NCBI GenBank assembly: GCA_918797485.1 | Contig: CAKKNE010000001.1 | Location: 4,836,001-4,900,000, forward strand | Length of the DNA stretch: 64,000 nucleotides | Direction: 5' to 3' | Source: Pelagomonas calceolata | Taxonomy: Eukaryota | Shown: in pieces, positions 10,124 through 21,304 of the stretch | Layout of the letters: each line of letters opens with the position of its first letter | How positions within the stretch are numbered: position 1 is the first letter of the stretch | Position numbers and translations under genes: made by a program | Notes under the pieces: model-generated | Database searches by the model: none | What the model was told of the DNA's origin: nothing | What the model saw: only the letters and a program-made list of their open reading frames with translations

Positions 10124-11936
10124 ATGCCGCGCTCGCAGCCCTCGCCGGGCGGCGCATTCCCGCCCGAGCCGCCCCTCTCGCCGAGCGTCTCGCCCGCCAG
10201 CGCGGACCGCGGCCGGAAGAAGAGCGGCTCCGGCCACCGGCGCCGCGGCTCGTGGTCGCTCGAGCGGCCGCGCGCGCACTCCTTCGACGAGGCCGAAGGG
10301 CGAGCGTTAGGTGAGGACAGCGACTCGGACCTGAACACGCTGCCGACGCCCGCGCGCAAGCAAAGAAGGTCCACGGGCCGCGTGCGGCGCTTCCTGCGCC
10401 ACGAGGCCAACGTCGTCAAGGGCGGCTACAAGGCCACGAAGCGCAACGTCGGCCGCTTCGGCCGCTTCCTCACGAAGCCCATGCGCCCGGGCCGCGGCCG
10501 GGACGAGGGCGACAAGGCCGCGCGGGAGATCCCGGCGACGCCGCGAGCGCCCTGCCCGGCGGACCTCGCCGGGCCGGCGCTGCGGGCGGCGATGCGCGCC
10601 GTCTGCGCGGCGGCCCTGGTGGTTGCCGCCGCGGCCGCCGCCGTCGCGACGGCGCCGGCGCCGCGCGCCGCGGACGCAATCATCATGCTGGCCGCGCTCG
10701 TGTCGCTATTCGCGGCCTGCGACGCGTCGATGAAAGCGGCGGACCGCCTCGAGACGACGTACAAGGCCCATCAAGAGGAGGACGACGAGGACGACGTGAT
10801 CAAGGAGGCGCCCCTGACGTTGGTGAAAGAAGGGACGTCCGACGAGTCTGGTACGTGGGCGCCGGGCCGCGGCGCGGACTTCGCCGTGCGCTCGTCCACC
10901 TACTTAGAGAACGGCGTGAAGAAGCCATCATGTGAACCGCTCTACACCGTGGGCGTCGCGGGCTTCGCTATGTCTGCGGGGGCCGTGAATGACGGGAGCC
11001 GGGCCTACCCCGAGGTCCTCGAGAAGTTGCGGGGCGAGGACGCTGACAGAGACGTCTTTACGGATGCGAGTTCCCCTTTACCAAAGTACGTCATGATCAC
11101 GATGAACTCGCCCCTCGAGGCGCCCTCCTTAAGAAAGAAGGCCAAGGGCGAGAAGACGGCCGTGTTTGTGTTTGCGCTGCGGCGCAACGACGCGGCGATA
11201 GCCAAGGCGCCCAAAGCGGCCGTGGCTCTGGCGACGAAGTGGCTCTCGGACGCGCCGAACGACCCAGGATTGTCTGGAAGGTTAAAGGGCATCTTCCACG
11301 CGTCGGGCGACGGCGTGCCGAACCTCGCCAAGAAGTGGAACGGCAAGCCCGTGCTCCTTGCCGCGTCCGCGGCGGTGCGGTAATCAACCAATCTCGGCGG
11401 CGACGCGGCCACACTGGCACCGTCACGCCATCGAGCAGGCGTCGCGTCGATGGCGTCGAGGCCGACGCACAAAGGCGCAGTGAAACTCGTTTCTGCACAG
11501 GTCGGCGGGCTTCGGCGGCCGCGAGCGGCCGGGCATCAGCCGCTTTATTAGGGGAGCGGACTGCCTCGAGGTGAACGTCGACGTGAGCGAGAGTTTCACC
11601 TACATCGCGCGCGGCGCCATCTACTTAGTCACCGACAAGCTGCGTGACATCCGCATTAAATTTGGGTTCGTCGTCGAGGGCCGCGAGCGCGACGAGCTGT
11701 GCAGAAATCAAAATTTGCGCCGCCTGCTCGATGGCGTGGCGGTGTGGGTCTTAGACCCCTCGATTCAGTCATCACGGCCGCGTTGTCGCGCACCCGACTC
11801 ACTGGTTGATTTCCACACAGGCGACGAGCTGCCCGAGGCGCTCATCACGGCGGTGGACGTGCACCAGTTCGACTGGCGCGCGTGCGTCGACGGGCTCGTG
11901 CAGGCGGATACGCCGTCGGACGACGACGAGGCGTAG
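10124..11936 (+). CDS. Membrane protein with EDR2 C-terminal (DUF1336-like) domain; introns 11365-11500 and 11689-11820
   Basis: FAVRSSTYLENGVKKPS, RLKGI, WNGKPVL, LEVNVDV, FGFVVEGRERDELPE after splicing; two hydrophobic segments upstream. Confidence 0.8.
11365..11500 (+). mobile_element. Introner, 136-nt GT-AG intron
   Basis: TSD GTCCGCGG/GTCGGCGG (7/8); eroded TIRs CGGTGCGGTAATCAACCA...TTTCTGCACAG; intact core CACGCCATCGAGCAGGCGTCGCGTCGATGGCG. Confidence 0.85.
11689..11820 (+). mobile_element. Introner, 132-nt GC-AG intron with perfect 8-bp TSD
   Basis: GCGACGAG-CTGTGCAGAAATCAA...TTGATTTCCACACAG-GCGACGAG. Confidence 0.92.
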
Positions 11937-11973
11937 TAGGCCCCTGTGCTGTGAACATAAGATACACTCACAC

Positions 11974-13080
11974 TTAGCAATCAGGGTCGCGCGCAGACCT
12001 CCAGAAAGAGAGGCACTTCCAGAAGAGCTCGTCCGGGAGGACGAGAGGCGCGGCGGCGTCCGCAATCGTGCGTGTCCGGGGCCGCGTCACTTTGCAGCCG
12101 CTCGTCGCTTCCAGCTCCTCGATCGCCGGCGCCTCCACGGTCCTCCGTTTGCGGCGGCGCCCTTGGGGCTCCTGGGGGAAGAGCCGCGCCAGCAGGCCCG
12201 GCGGCGCGGCCGCGCGCCGCCGCCAGCAGAGCTTCTGGAGCACGAGGAGCGCGAGCCTCGGGACGTTGCTGTAGCGTGTCCAGGACCTGGCGCGGCGCAC
12301 GTCGTGCAGCAGGTCGATCGTGCGCTCGCCCTCGCCCGCGAGGCGTGCCTGGCCCTCCGCGATATAGTACCAATCATCCGGGTCGAGAGGTTCCGAGAAA
12401 ACATGCCGGTCGTACCGCTCGCCTTCCACCGCCTCAATCGCGAAGCTGTACGCCGTCCGGCCCGCGCGGTCGGTCCTCTTGAAATCCGCGCCCCGGCTCA
12501 GGAGCAGGCGGACGACCTCCCACGAGACCGACGCCTTCGCGGCCGCCATGAGCGGCGTCGGCGGGTTCATTTCGTCCTCCTCGTCCTCGAAGTCGGAGAA
12601 CTCGTCGCGCACGGCTTGTTGCACGATCGTGCGATACGCGTTCGCGTCGGCGCCGGCCGAGAGGAGCGCCGCCGCGAACGCGGGCGTGTGGTACGACGCC
12701 GCGGCGTGGAGCGCGGTCATCCCTTCCTCGTCGCGGTAGTTCACGTCCGCGCCGTGCTCGATGAGCAGGCGCAATATGTCCAGCGACTCGTCGGCTAACG
12801 AGGCGTCCTTGGCGTGGCGGTAGCTCGCCTCGCCCGCTACGGTGGTGAGCAGGCCCGCAGGGATGGCGGCCCCCTTGTCCAGCAGGACGGCGACGACGGC
12901 CGGTGTCGCGCTTCCTCCAAACTTGCGGATGGCGTAATCCAGCACGTTTCTGTACGACCGATTGTACGGCGCGTACCCGTGCTCGTCGAGGACATCGAAG
13001 GGCGCGTTAACTTGCTCGGTCTCGATGTCGCGCAGGACCGCCAGGTTGTCGGTATCGACCGCTTCCCGGATCTCTTCCAT
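11974..13080 (-). CDS. Ankyrin-repeat protein
   Basis: LLIEHGADVNYRDEEGMTALHAAA, TPLMAAA..VVRLLLSRGAD..DRAGRTA. Confidence 0.9.
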   Translation of the reverse strand: MEEIREAVDTDNLAVLRDIETEQVNAPFDVLDEHGYAPYNRSYRNVLDYAIRKFGGSATPAVVAVLLDKGAAIPAGLLTTVAGEASYRHAKDASLADESLDILRLLIEHGADVNYRDEEGMTALHAAASYHTPAFAAALLSAGADANAYRTIVQQAVRDEFSDFEDEEDEMNPPTPLMAAAKASVSWEVVRLLLSRGADFKRTDRAGRTAYSFAIEAVEGERYDRHVFSEPLDPDDWYYIAEGQARLAGEGERTIDLLHDVRRARSWTRYSNVPRLALLVLQKLCWRRRAAAPPGLLARLFPQEPQGRRRKRRTVEAPAIEELEATSGCKVTRPRTRTIADAAAPLVLPDELFWKCLSFWRSARDPDC

Positions 13081-13275
13081 CGTTGTCGCGCGCGCGGCGT
13101 GCGCGAGGACAGTATGGGCCGAGTGCCTTCAAACTGCTCTTAGCAGCGCGGGCACCCGTAGGCGTTCGCACACCGGTAAAGGTGGGCTGTGGAAGACCTC
13201 TGTGAGCCAGCGCGGCCTCCAGTAACGCGATGTGGGCGCTGTACAGTGCCAAAACTTCCGCTTGGAGTGCGCTTT

Positions 13276-13297
13276 CTAGTGTCTTACTGGACGCTAG
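13276..13297. promoter_or_regulatory. CTAGTG-N10-CGCTAG motif
   Basis: CTAGTGTCTTACTGGACGCTAG between divergent genes. Confidence 0.55.
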
Positions 13298-13755
13298 CTA
13301 GTGCGTGGTGGCACGTTTTCAGGTATCGCGGGGGCCTCGCTCAGGCTAGTCTTGGGAAGCCCCCCGTCTGTGCCTGCCTGGTTCTGGTGGGCGAGTGGTG
13401 ATCGTCCCCGGCATCCGAGTGCGCTCGCGCGCCGCTGGTGGGGCCTTGAGCCCTCCGGACGACGACGTCTCTGGCGTTGCCGTCTGAATTCCGGACGCCC
13501 GGCCGGGTGCGGGTGGGCCCGCCGCGGTCCTAGTGGCCGTGGTGCGCCGAGTCCGTTGAGCCAGTTAGAGGACCGCGTCGGGTCCAGTTTCAGCCTTACG
13601 GGCTCGTTGGGCTAGGGGGCTAGCGTGCGGGTTTGGGTAAGCAGCGGGAGGGAGGGCACGCGCATCACGAGCCGCATTTCCGCCGCACTATCTATGTGAC
13701 ATTGATAATATATCATGAGGCATCTATTTTTTGCACACCCAAAAGCCTGAGACCT

Positions 13756-16134
13756 ATGCTACGGTGCACGCTAGCCGTCGCGGCGTGCACAGCTTTGCAG
13801 CTGCCCAGCACAAGGCAGCAGCCGCTCACGAAGCACGCGAAGCCGCCAAGCGCGAAGCCGCCAAGCACCCCGCCGCAGGACCCATTCGCGGCGGAGACGA
13901 CGCGCCGTGCCGCCCTGCGCACCACCGCCGCTTCAATAGCGTTCGCCGCGCTGCCGGCCATCGCGAAGCGGGCACCGGAGGAGCAGCTCGTCTGGATCCC
14001 CGTGGCAAGTGATGTAGCGTCCAAACCCCAATTGGCCTTCGCGCAAGTCGAGAAGCGCTACGGGCTGCGGTTCGTCGAGTACCTCGCGCGCATTTTACTC
14101 AACTACGACCCGGCCTCCCGAAGGTGGTGGGAGGCGAGGAGACGCGAGGCCGCCGGCGCGTCATCTGCTGATCAGAGAGCACGGAAGCGCCAGCAGGCCT
14201 ATTCTTCCTTCGTGGCATCTGTCGAGTTATCCCTAGCCCGAGGCTACTTGGACGACGCCGGCACGGCGAAATTGTTCGACGCTTTGTCGACGAACGTCTT
14301 ACCGAGAACCATTGCGGGTAGAAGAAGACTAGCACAGCTCGGAGCCCTGTCGACGACGGACCTCAAACCCACGGCATCTGCGGTCATAAACGCCCAGAAC
14401 GGCACTATAGACAGAGTCGAGGTCCTGCAAGGCGGCGGCGGCTACGCGTTGAAGCCCCCACCGAAGGTCTCCGTGGACTTCACGCCCACGAGCAACAAGA
14501 CGTTCTTCGACGGGCCCCAGACGAACTACGCCGAAAACTCCGAAGCCCCAAAATTCACCGTCAAAATGACGCCGACCGGCAAGGTCGCCTGCGGCGACTT
14601 GATCTCGAAGGGCGGCGGGTATGATCAAGCGCCCTTCGTGAAGGCGCCTCCACCACCTCTTGGTGGTACTCCTGCTAAATTAACGGCTATAGTACAAAAT
14701 GGCTCCGTGACCGAGATTCTCGTCGAGGACCCGGGTAGTGGGTACGATGGAGGGAAGGTCGTACCTTTGATAATAGGCCCGCCGAATCGAGGCGGACTGC
14801 AGGCCACGGCGACCGTAGGCTGGGACTACGCGGTCGGTGAGATTCTGGTGGAGTCGGGCGGTTCGGGTTTTAACGAGTCCGGTACCTTGTCGTTGATGAT
14901 ACCCGCTGGTGCGAAAGGGCAAGCTAAAGCGATAGCTACGTTGACCAAGGGCGACTGCGGCTGTCTCAATCTCAAAAGAAGTGACTTCCGCGGGAACTCG
15001 TCTGATAACTTGCTGAGGTTGTTGCCTGCGGGTTTGGCGCCTACTCTGAGAAGGGGCAGGTACGTCATACCCGAAGTGGAAGCCTTAGAGTATAATCAAA
15101 CACAACAGACGGGTGTGGACTACGTCTTCGGTACCCGAGGCTTAGAGCCCGTGAGAGAAGATGAAGTGACTCTACAACAGTACGCCGTGCTCGGGGCTTG
15201 TGGTGCTGTGTGTACGGCCGCTGCTCATGTCGCCTTGACACCGCTAGAACTGGTAAAAACGAAGCTCCAAACTAGTTCAGCAACTTCTGCCGTGGACGTA
15301 ACCAAAGAAATCTACGAGGAAGATGGGCTACTCGCCTTGTTCGCGGGTTGGGAGCCTATTATCGTAGGATATTTCATCAATGGCTTCTTCGCCTTCGGTT
15401 TGACGGAGTTCCTGAAGCGCATCGTGGCCGCTCAACTCGCGTCGGACCAGGCCTGGGCGGCAACAGTCGTCGGAAGTTTGGGTGCGGCGGTCGTCGCTGT
15501 CGCTGTCGTGACACCTTTTGAGGCCGCGAAGGTGAGGATACAGACGCTGAAGGCCAATCCCTCGTTACTGGATACGTGGTCCGTACTGATAGAAGAACGA
15601 GGGGGCTGGTATGATGGTTTATTTGGAAGGAGCCTCGGTGCCCTCATAGCGAAGGACGTCGTGTTTGCCGCTTTTAAATTCGCGGTCTTCGATGCTGTCA
15701 GAGGCGCGATACTCCAGGCCTACCCCCCGGCGGCCAATGATGCTTTATTTGTGTCTATCATCGCGGGCGCCGTCGCGGGCGCCTGCGGGGCTGTTGCGAG
15801 TCAGCCCTTGGATACGACCTTTGCGAGGGTGGAGACCGCGAAGAAGGGCCAGGACACGGGAGTGTTCGCGACGTTCCGACGGGTCGTCGACGAGGAGGGC
15901 TTTGATGCTTTGTACGCCGGCCTCGCGCCGCGCATGTTCTTCGCCGCGGCGTTATTGGCCATCGAGTTCGCCATCTTCGAGGCGTTGCGGGACGCGTTCC
16001 ACGTGTCGCGCGACGACTTCGCCTACGCTTTGGATGCTCTAGCGACGGCCGTGCGGACGCCGTCGGCCGCGCCCGCGTTGCTTGATTCGGCGGCGCAGGC
16101 CGCGGCGCAGGTGGACCAGTTCGGGCGCATATAA
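13756..16134 (+). CDS. Mitochondrial carrier family (phosphate-carrier-like) protein with predicted plastid presequence and Gly-rich GxGY repeat region
   Basis: Three carrier signatures (TPLELVKTKLQ, TPFEAAKVRIQ, QPLDTTFARVE); N-terminal MLRCTLAVAACTALQL; repeats at about 14400-14950. Confidence 0.85.
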   Translation: MLRCTLAVAACTALQLPSTRQQPLTKHAKPPSAKPPSTPPQDPFAAETTRRAALRTTAASIAFAALPAIAKRAPEEQLVWIPVASDVASKPQLAFAQVEKRYGLRFVEYLARILLNYDPASRRWWEARRREAAGASSADQRARKRQQAYSSFVASVELSLARGYLDDAGTAKLFDALSTNVLPRTIAGRRRLAQLGALSTTDLKPTASAVINAQNGTIDRVEVLQGGGGYALKPPPKVSVDFTPTSNKTFFDGPQTNYAENSEAPKFTVKMTPTGKVACGDLISKGGGYDQAPFVKAPPPPLGGTPAKLTAIVQNGSVTEILVEDPGSGYDGGKVVPLIIGPPNRGGLQATATVGWDYAVGEILVESGGSGFNESGTLSLMIPAGAKGQAKAIATLTKGDCGCLNLKRSDFRGNSSDNLLRLLPAGLAPTLRRGRYVIPEVEALEYNQTQQTGVDYVFGTRGLEPVREDEVTLQQYAVLGACGAVCTAAAHVALTPLELVKTKLQTSSATSAVDVTKEIYEEDGLLALFAGWEPIIVGYFINGFFAFGLTEFLKRIVAAQLASDQAWAATVVGSLGAAVVAVAVVTPFEAAKVRIQTLKANPSLLDTWSVLIEERGGWYDGLFGRSLGALIAKDVVFAAFKFAVFDAVRGAILQAYPPAANDALFVSIIAGAVAGACGAVASQPLDTTFARVETAKKGQDTGVFATFRRVVDEEGFDALYAGLAPRMFFAAALLAIEFAIFEALRDAFHVSRDDFAYALDALATAVRTPSAAPALLDSAAQAAAQVDQFGRI

Positions 16135-16413
16135 TTTGGATAGTTCTTAGTTCTTGGGATTCGTCGCACCGCGCGGCTTGACCATCCATCCAAAACCCGA
16201 CGCCCCGCACCGCTCCCGGGACGCGTCGCCGAGGCGTCCGGCGTGCCTTCGAGGGCTGCGCGCCCGATTGCCACTGCGGCCCGTTGGGCACGTTGGCAGC
16301 AAGACCGGCGGCGCTGCGCACGACGCCATCGACGCGAAAAGGCAGCCAGAAGGCAAAGGGCAGCACGCGCACGCCGTCGAAGCGAGCAACGGGCAGCGCA
16401 AACACCGCTGACG

Positions 16414-17112
16414 ATGCCGGGCCCGCATGGCAGCCCCCTCAAGAGCGCCAATGGCTTCCGCAACATCCTGCCCATGACGAGATCAGAAAGACGCTCCCAG
16501 CGCGACAAGGTCGCGTTAGAAAAGGATAGACTGATGAAGCGCACGGGCCTCGCCGCCAGGATGCACCGGGAGAACGCGCCGCGCACGTCCGATGGCTTGG
16601 TGGTCCCCGAGGCCAACGCCGCGGGCTTTTGCAGCGACGCGGACCGCTTCCACACCGACGTTGCGGGTGAGGAGTTTCTCAAAAGACGCGCGAGGTACGA
16701 ACGGGAACAAACGAACTACGCGACGAAACGCGAAGGCCGCGTCAAGCAGGAGGAGCAACGCTGGGCCGCTCTACAGGAGGAGAAGCAGCAGGAGGACGCG
16801 TACTGGTCCAATCAGAGAGAGATAGGCGTCAAGGACAAGAAGAACAAGTCGAGCGTGCCCTATGATGCTTTGACGTTACAGTACGCTCCGGGCTTGGATG
16901 GTGAGCGCTTGCGTTTACATGATGATAAAATAAGGTACCGCGCGGCGCTGCGATCGAGAAATCTGCAGACCAAGGGCGAAAGTCGATGCGGCTACGACAT
17001 CTTGAACGGGCGGGACAAGCCCGACTTAAGGCTTCCCGAGGAGCCGCAGCCGCAGCGCGAACTCGCGGAGCACATCGCCAAAGTTCGCGCCGAGGCGCTC
17101 TCCCATAAGTAA
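16414..17112 (+). CDS. Hypothetical coiled-coil protein
   Basis: Open frame with coding-like codon use and a charged helical stretch; no family recognised. Confidence 0.65.
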   Translation: MPGPHGSPLKSANGFRNILPMTRSERRSQRDKVALEKDRLMKRTGLAARMHRENAPRTSDGLVVPEANAAGFCSDADRFHTDVAGEEFLKRRARYEREQTNYATKREGRVKQEEQRWAALQEEKQQEDAYWSNQREIGVKDKKNKSSVPYDALTLQYAPGLDGERLRLHDDKIRYRAALRSRNLQTKGESRCGYDILNGRDKPDLRLPEEPQPQRELAEHIAKVRAEALSHK

Positions 17113-17128
17113 GTATTACTCGGAGTAT

Positions 17129-17680
17129 CTATTCGCCCTTGATGCAGGCCACGAGCCAGTCGAAGCCCTCGGAGAGGCCCTTGCCCTTCGTCGCGCACGT
17201 CTCCTGGATGGACCACTGGCGGTTCCGCACGTCCGGCAGGCCCAAAGCCTCCGAGATCTCCTTCGCACCCAACGCGCCCTTCTGGTCCTGCTTGTTCGCC
17301 AAGACTAGTAAGATCGCGTCTTTGAGCTCCTCTTCGTCGAGCATCGCTTGGAGCTCTTGTCTCGCCACTGCCAACCGTTCCCGATCGGCACTATCCACGA
17401 CAAAGATGATCGCGTCCGTGTTCGGATAGTAGCACCGCCAGTACGGTCGGATCGACGTCTGCCCTCCTAAATCCCAGACTTGGAATTTGATGTTTTTGTA
17501 TTGTAATGTTTCGACATTGAACCCAATGGTCGGAATCGTCATCACCTCCTCGTCCTCGGCCTCGTTCTGGAGCTTGTACAAGATCGTCGTCTTGCCCGCG
17601 TTATCTAAGCCGAGGATGAGTATCCGCACCTCCTTGCTGCCGAAGAGCGACTGGAAGACGCGCGAGAAGAGGATGCCCAT
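17129..17680 (-). CDS. ARL1: ADP-ribosylation factor-like GTPase 1
   Basis: MG myristoylation start, [40 protein letters not shown]. Confidence 0.95.
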   Translation of the reverse strand: MGILFSRVFQSLFGSKEVRILILGLDNAGKTTILYKLQNEAEDEEVMTIPTIGFNVETLQYKNIKFQVWDLGGQTSIRPYWRCYYPNTDAIIFVVDSADRERLAVARQELQAMLDEEELKDAILLVLANKQDQKGALGAKEISEALGLPDVRNRQWSIQETCATKGKGLSEGFDWLVACIKGE

Positions 17681-18172
17681 GGTTTATGGTTTTTGTGCGT
17701 CCCACGCAGCTGCGGATGGCGTGTCACGCGTCCCGGCGGTTTTGGGGATTTCGGCTGCGGTGCGGCGCTAACGTCGCAAAGAGCGCAGTGGTTCACGATA
17801 AGAGCAGTCGCAGTGATCCCCCAACGGTCTGTCTTGGCGAGCTGCGCCGGAGAGACCCGTCAAAATCGACCCGATGCCAAAATAATTTTATTACTGTATG
17901 GTTATACCACCGTGCGACCCCCTATTAGTGTACCTTGTAACTTAGCCAAAGCCGCCCCTGAGGCCCCGGGAAGGGGTGGATGGAAGGGCACTGCGAAATT
18001 CCCGCAGACGGCTCCGATATATCCCCCGAGCCTCACATATACCGGACCCAGGATCCCTCTACAGGTCCCCGCGTTCGTCCCCGCGCGTCTCCGCCACATT
18101 ACTCGGAATTGCGCCCCTCCGCACGCGAGTAATACGCTCGGATTCCGCCCTTACGCACGCTATGAACACAGA

Positions 18173-18545
18173 TCAGGACGCCTTCTTCTTCGACGGCGGA
18201 CGGCTCTTCTTTTTCTTCGATGATCCGCCCCCGCCCTTCCGTCGCCGCTGGATGAAGCGCGCCAGGACGGCGACCAAGGCCGCGGCGACAAAGGACGCGC
18301 CGATGGCGCGCTGGTGTTTCACGATTCCGGTCTCCTCGGGGATGCGCGGCACCTCGCCGGCGTCGAGGTCCTGCGTGCGAGCGTAAACGTTCGGATAGAC
18401 GGTATGGGGGACGCCGCCAACGCACGTGCGAAAAGCCGCTCAGCGCGTTCTGCACCTCCTGCTTGCACGGCAGCGAGAGCTCGTTGCTCGGCGAGTCGAG
18501 CGAGGCCTCGACCTCGCGGCGGCAACTCAGGCCGAGCATGGCCAT
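18173..18545 (-). CDS. Small membrane protein with basic C-terminus; conventional 55-nt intron 18371-18425
   Basis: Intron GTGCGT...CGCAG joins LSGFSH/DLDAGEVP, followed by TM IGASFVAAALVAVLA and RRRKGGGGSSKKKK; start uncertain. Confidence 0.55.
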
Positions 18546-18783
18546 GACGCTGTCGATCGTCTCCCTGCGAGGGCGGCGCGGCGTTCTTGCATGAATGCGC
18601 GTCGGCGCGCGATCCACGTCGGTGGATTTGCAGTACTGATTTTGCTGCGACGCCGGCTCCAACGTGTCAAACTCATCGGCAGAAGGCATTATTTGTGATC
18701 GATGGAACGCGTCAGTGAGCCGCCGGTCCCTGCGCTGCCTAGCAGCCGCGTATGCCGCACTTGCCGTACGTAGCAGCTCGAGC

Positions 18784-18804
18784 TTAGCGTCGGTAACACA
18801 CTAG
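18784..18804. promoter_or_regulatory. CTAGTG-N9-CGCTAA motif, reverse orientation
   Basis: Reverse complement CTAGTGTGTTACCGACGCTAA. Confidence 0.5.
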
Positions 18805-19034
18805 CTAGCAGCCTGGGCAGACGCCGCTGCCGCTTGCTCGCGACAGCAAGCACTTTAGTACGCACCACTGCGCGTAATAGCAAGCCTCCATATACCTGAA
18901 AGACTGAGGGACAAGCATCTGCTGCGCAGTGCCGCCCCGCAAAAACAGGCTGAGGACGTCGCCGGCGCCGCTTTACGCCGCGCGCGCATAAGGAGCAGGA
19001 GCCGCCGTCGCCGCGAGACCACGAAGAAGAAACC

Positions 19035-20531
19035 ATGTCCGGCTCCCTCCTCGAAAGCGCGAGAAGCGCCCTCGAGGAGATCGAGGCCCTCGAGGTCTTG
19101 GCGGTAGACACGCTCGGCCAGAAACCGTCTGGAGCGAAGGCGTCGATGGAGCAGCAAGGAACATTAAAAAATGTGGTCGAGGGCATGACCGCCGCCGCGT
19201 CGACCTTAGGTGCGTTACACGATGATATTGGAGGCACGTTCGGAGGAGAGGTCGCGAAGATGAGAGGTGTTGGTGTTTTTACGAACTTTTACGGCGCGCT
19301 CAAGGAGACGCGGGAGTACTACGCGCGGCACGGCGCCACGGCGGCGATCGGCCAGCAGCAGGCCTCAAGTCAAGCGGCTGTAGCTCGTGCGAAACGAGTA
19401 GAAACAAAATTCAGCGGCGAGGAGACGTGGGGCAAGTATTTGGATCTCAGCGCGAGGCATCGGGAGTTCTGCAATTTACCGAATGCGCCCGTGGATCTCG
19501 ACTATGTGACTTATTTGAGGCATCTCGGGTCGAAGCCTTTTTCCACCCATGTCGCGGAAAGCAAGAAGACGCACGGCGGGTATGTGCGCTACGCGGCGGC
19601 GATGGATGCTTACTTGACGGACTTCTGGGCGCGGACGCAGCCGCTCGTGCCTCTAGAACCGTTGTTGGCCGAACCCTTACGGGCCTTTGAAAAGTCCTAC
19701 GCGGAAAAGAATCAGACGAATGGTGAAGCGCTGGACCTGCGGACGTTTCGGACCGTAGAATCTTTAGAAGCTCTGGGCTTAGATCGACTGAAACGGGCCC
19801 TCCAAGCCCTCGGGATGAAGTGCGGCGGCGACGTCAAGGCGCGGGCAGCGAGGTTGTTTTCGGTAAGAGGCGTGCCCGTCGACAAGATCGATGCGAAGTT
19901 GAAAACGAAGAAGCGAGCGAGGGAGGAACCAACCGTTGATCGGAAGTACCGCACGCTGCTGAACGACGCTAGAGTAGACGCGTTGTTGGACCATCTGCGA
20001 CCTGTCCTAGATGCGACCACGCGACGAGCGGAGAGGAAACTCACTAGAACCAAAGATGAAATCGACGCCGAGGCCCGGGACGAGGAGTTCGGCATCGTGC
20101 AGGCGGCGCCCGAAGAAGAGGAATCTGATGATGAAGACCCGCTCGATGCTCCCTTATATAACCCGAAGAACCTGCCGCTCGGCTGGGACGGCCGGCCCAT
20201 CCCCTACTGGCTCTACAAATTGCACGGCCTCGACCAGGAGTTCAAGTGCGAGATCTGCGGCGACGCGTCGTACTGGGGCCGGCGGGCCTTCGACCAGCAT
20301 TTTAACGAATGGCGCCACTCGCACGGCATGCGCTGCCTGCGCATCCCGAACAGCGCGCACTTCCACGGCGTCACGAAGATGGACGACGCCGTCGCGCTCT
20401 GGGAGCAGCTGCAAGAGAGGCACGAGGCCGAGGCCTTCAAGGCGGAGCGCGACGAGGAGTACGAGGATAGCGACGGCAACGTGCTGAACCGAGCGACGTA
20501 CGAGGACCTCGCGCGCCAGGGGATGCTTTAA
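19035..20531 (+). CDS. SF3A3: Splicing factor 3A subunit 3 (PRP9/SF3a60)
   Basis: [77 protein letters not shown]. Confidence 0.96.
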   Translation: MSGSLLESARSALEEIEALEVLAVDTLGQKPSGAKASMEQQGTLKNVVEGMTAAASTLGALHDDIGGTFGGEVAKMRGVGVFTNFYGALKETREYYARHGATAAIGQQQASSQAAVARAKRVETKFSGEETWGKYLDLSARHREFCNLPNAPVDLDYVTYLRHLGSKPFSTHVAESKKTHGGYVRYAAAMDAYLTDFWARTQPLVPLEPLLAEPLRAFEKSYAEKNQTNGEALDLRTFRTVESLEALGLDRLKRALQALGMKCGGDVKARAARLFSVRGVPVDKIDAKLKTKKRAREEPTVDRKYRTLLNDARVDALLDHLRPVLDATTRRAERKLTRTKDEIDAEARDEEFGIVQAAPEEEESDDEDPLDAPLYNPKNLPLGWDGRPIPYWLYKLHGLDQEFKCEICGDASYWGRRAFDQHFNEWRHSHGMRCLRIPNSAHFHGVTKMDDAVALWEQLQERHEAEAFKAERDEEYEDSDGNVLNRATYEDLARQGML

Positions 20532-20557
20532 GTTAGACCTATTTTACCCCATCGCCA

Positions 20558-20902
20558 TTAGACGTACCTCGCGCCGCTCCGCGTGTCGCCCACCGAGAGG
20601 AAGCCGCCAGCGTTCTTCACGTTCGTATACCCGGCGCCCCGCAGCGCCTCGGCCGCGCGCCGCGACCGGCCGCCGACGGCGCAAAAACACAGGATCGGCG
20701 CGTTTTTGTCCGGGAGCCGCGCGGTCGCCGCGGCGACCCAGGCCCCCGGCGCGTCGCCCATGCGCAGCGGTATGTGCAACGCGTCCGGCAGCGACCCGTC
20801 CGCCTCGAGCTCGCCCGCGCCGCGCACGTCCACGAGCGTCGCCGTCTCGAGCAGCGCCTCCCAGCCGTCGTCGTAGGCGACGTCGGACGGATCGTTCGGC
20901 AT
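20558..20902 (-). CDS. Single-domain rhodanese-like protein
   Basis: LVDVR..E...GSLPDALHIP, active loop CAVGGRS, GYTNVKNAGG; start uncertain. Confidence 0.85.
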   Translation of the reverse strand: MPNDPSDVAYDDGWEALLETATLVDVRGAGELEADGSLPDALHIPLRMGDAPGAWVAAATARLPDKNAPILCFCAVGGRSRRAAEALRGAGYTNVKNAGGFLSVGDTRSGARYV

Positions 20903-21112
20903 GTCTGAACGCTTGTATTCGACTCGTGCGCCGGCCAAGACGACGCACAGCCCTTTAGTTAGGAGTGGTGTGTTTGGAGCTAGCGATCGCTATCGATAAG
21001 CGCTATTCGCAGGAGGCGTCGCCGCTATATCAGCAGCCGCCCTTTGACTATAAATGCGTATAAGCAGCTATAACATACGCAGCGTATACTTTTGTGTTAT
21101 CCCATAAAAATG

Positions 21113-21133
21113 CTAGTGGCTCACTGCCGCTAG
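21113..21133. promoter_or_regulatory. CTAGTG-N9-CGCTAG motif
   Basis: CTAGTGGCTCACTGCCGCTAG between divergent genes. Confidence 0.5.
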
Positions 21134-21304
21134 CTAATTCCGCAGGAGGTCTTGCGGCTTTGGTTTCAGCTTTCGCAAGTACGGGGCCCTACAACTGCCC
21201 GATTCTCCGGGCGTCGTGTGTCTGCGCGACACCCTCGCGGAACACATTATTCAACAACGCTCGCAGCGTGCACAAAAGTCAGTAAAGCTGCAAACAGCCA
21301 AACG

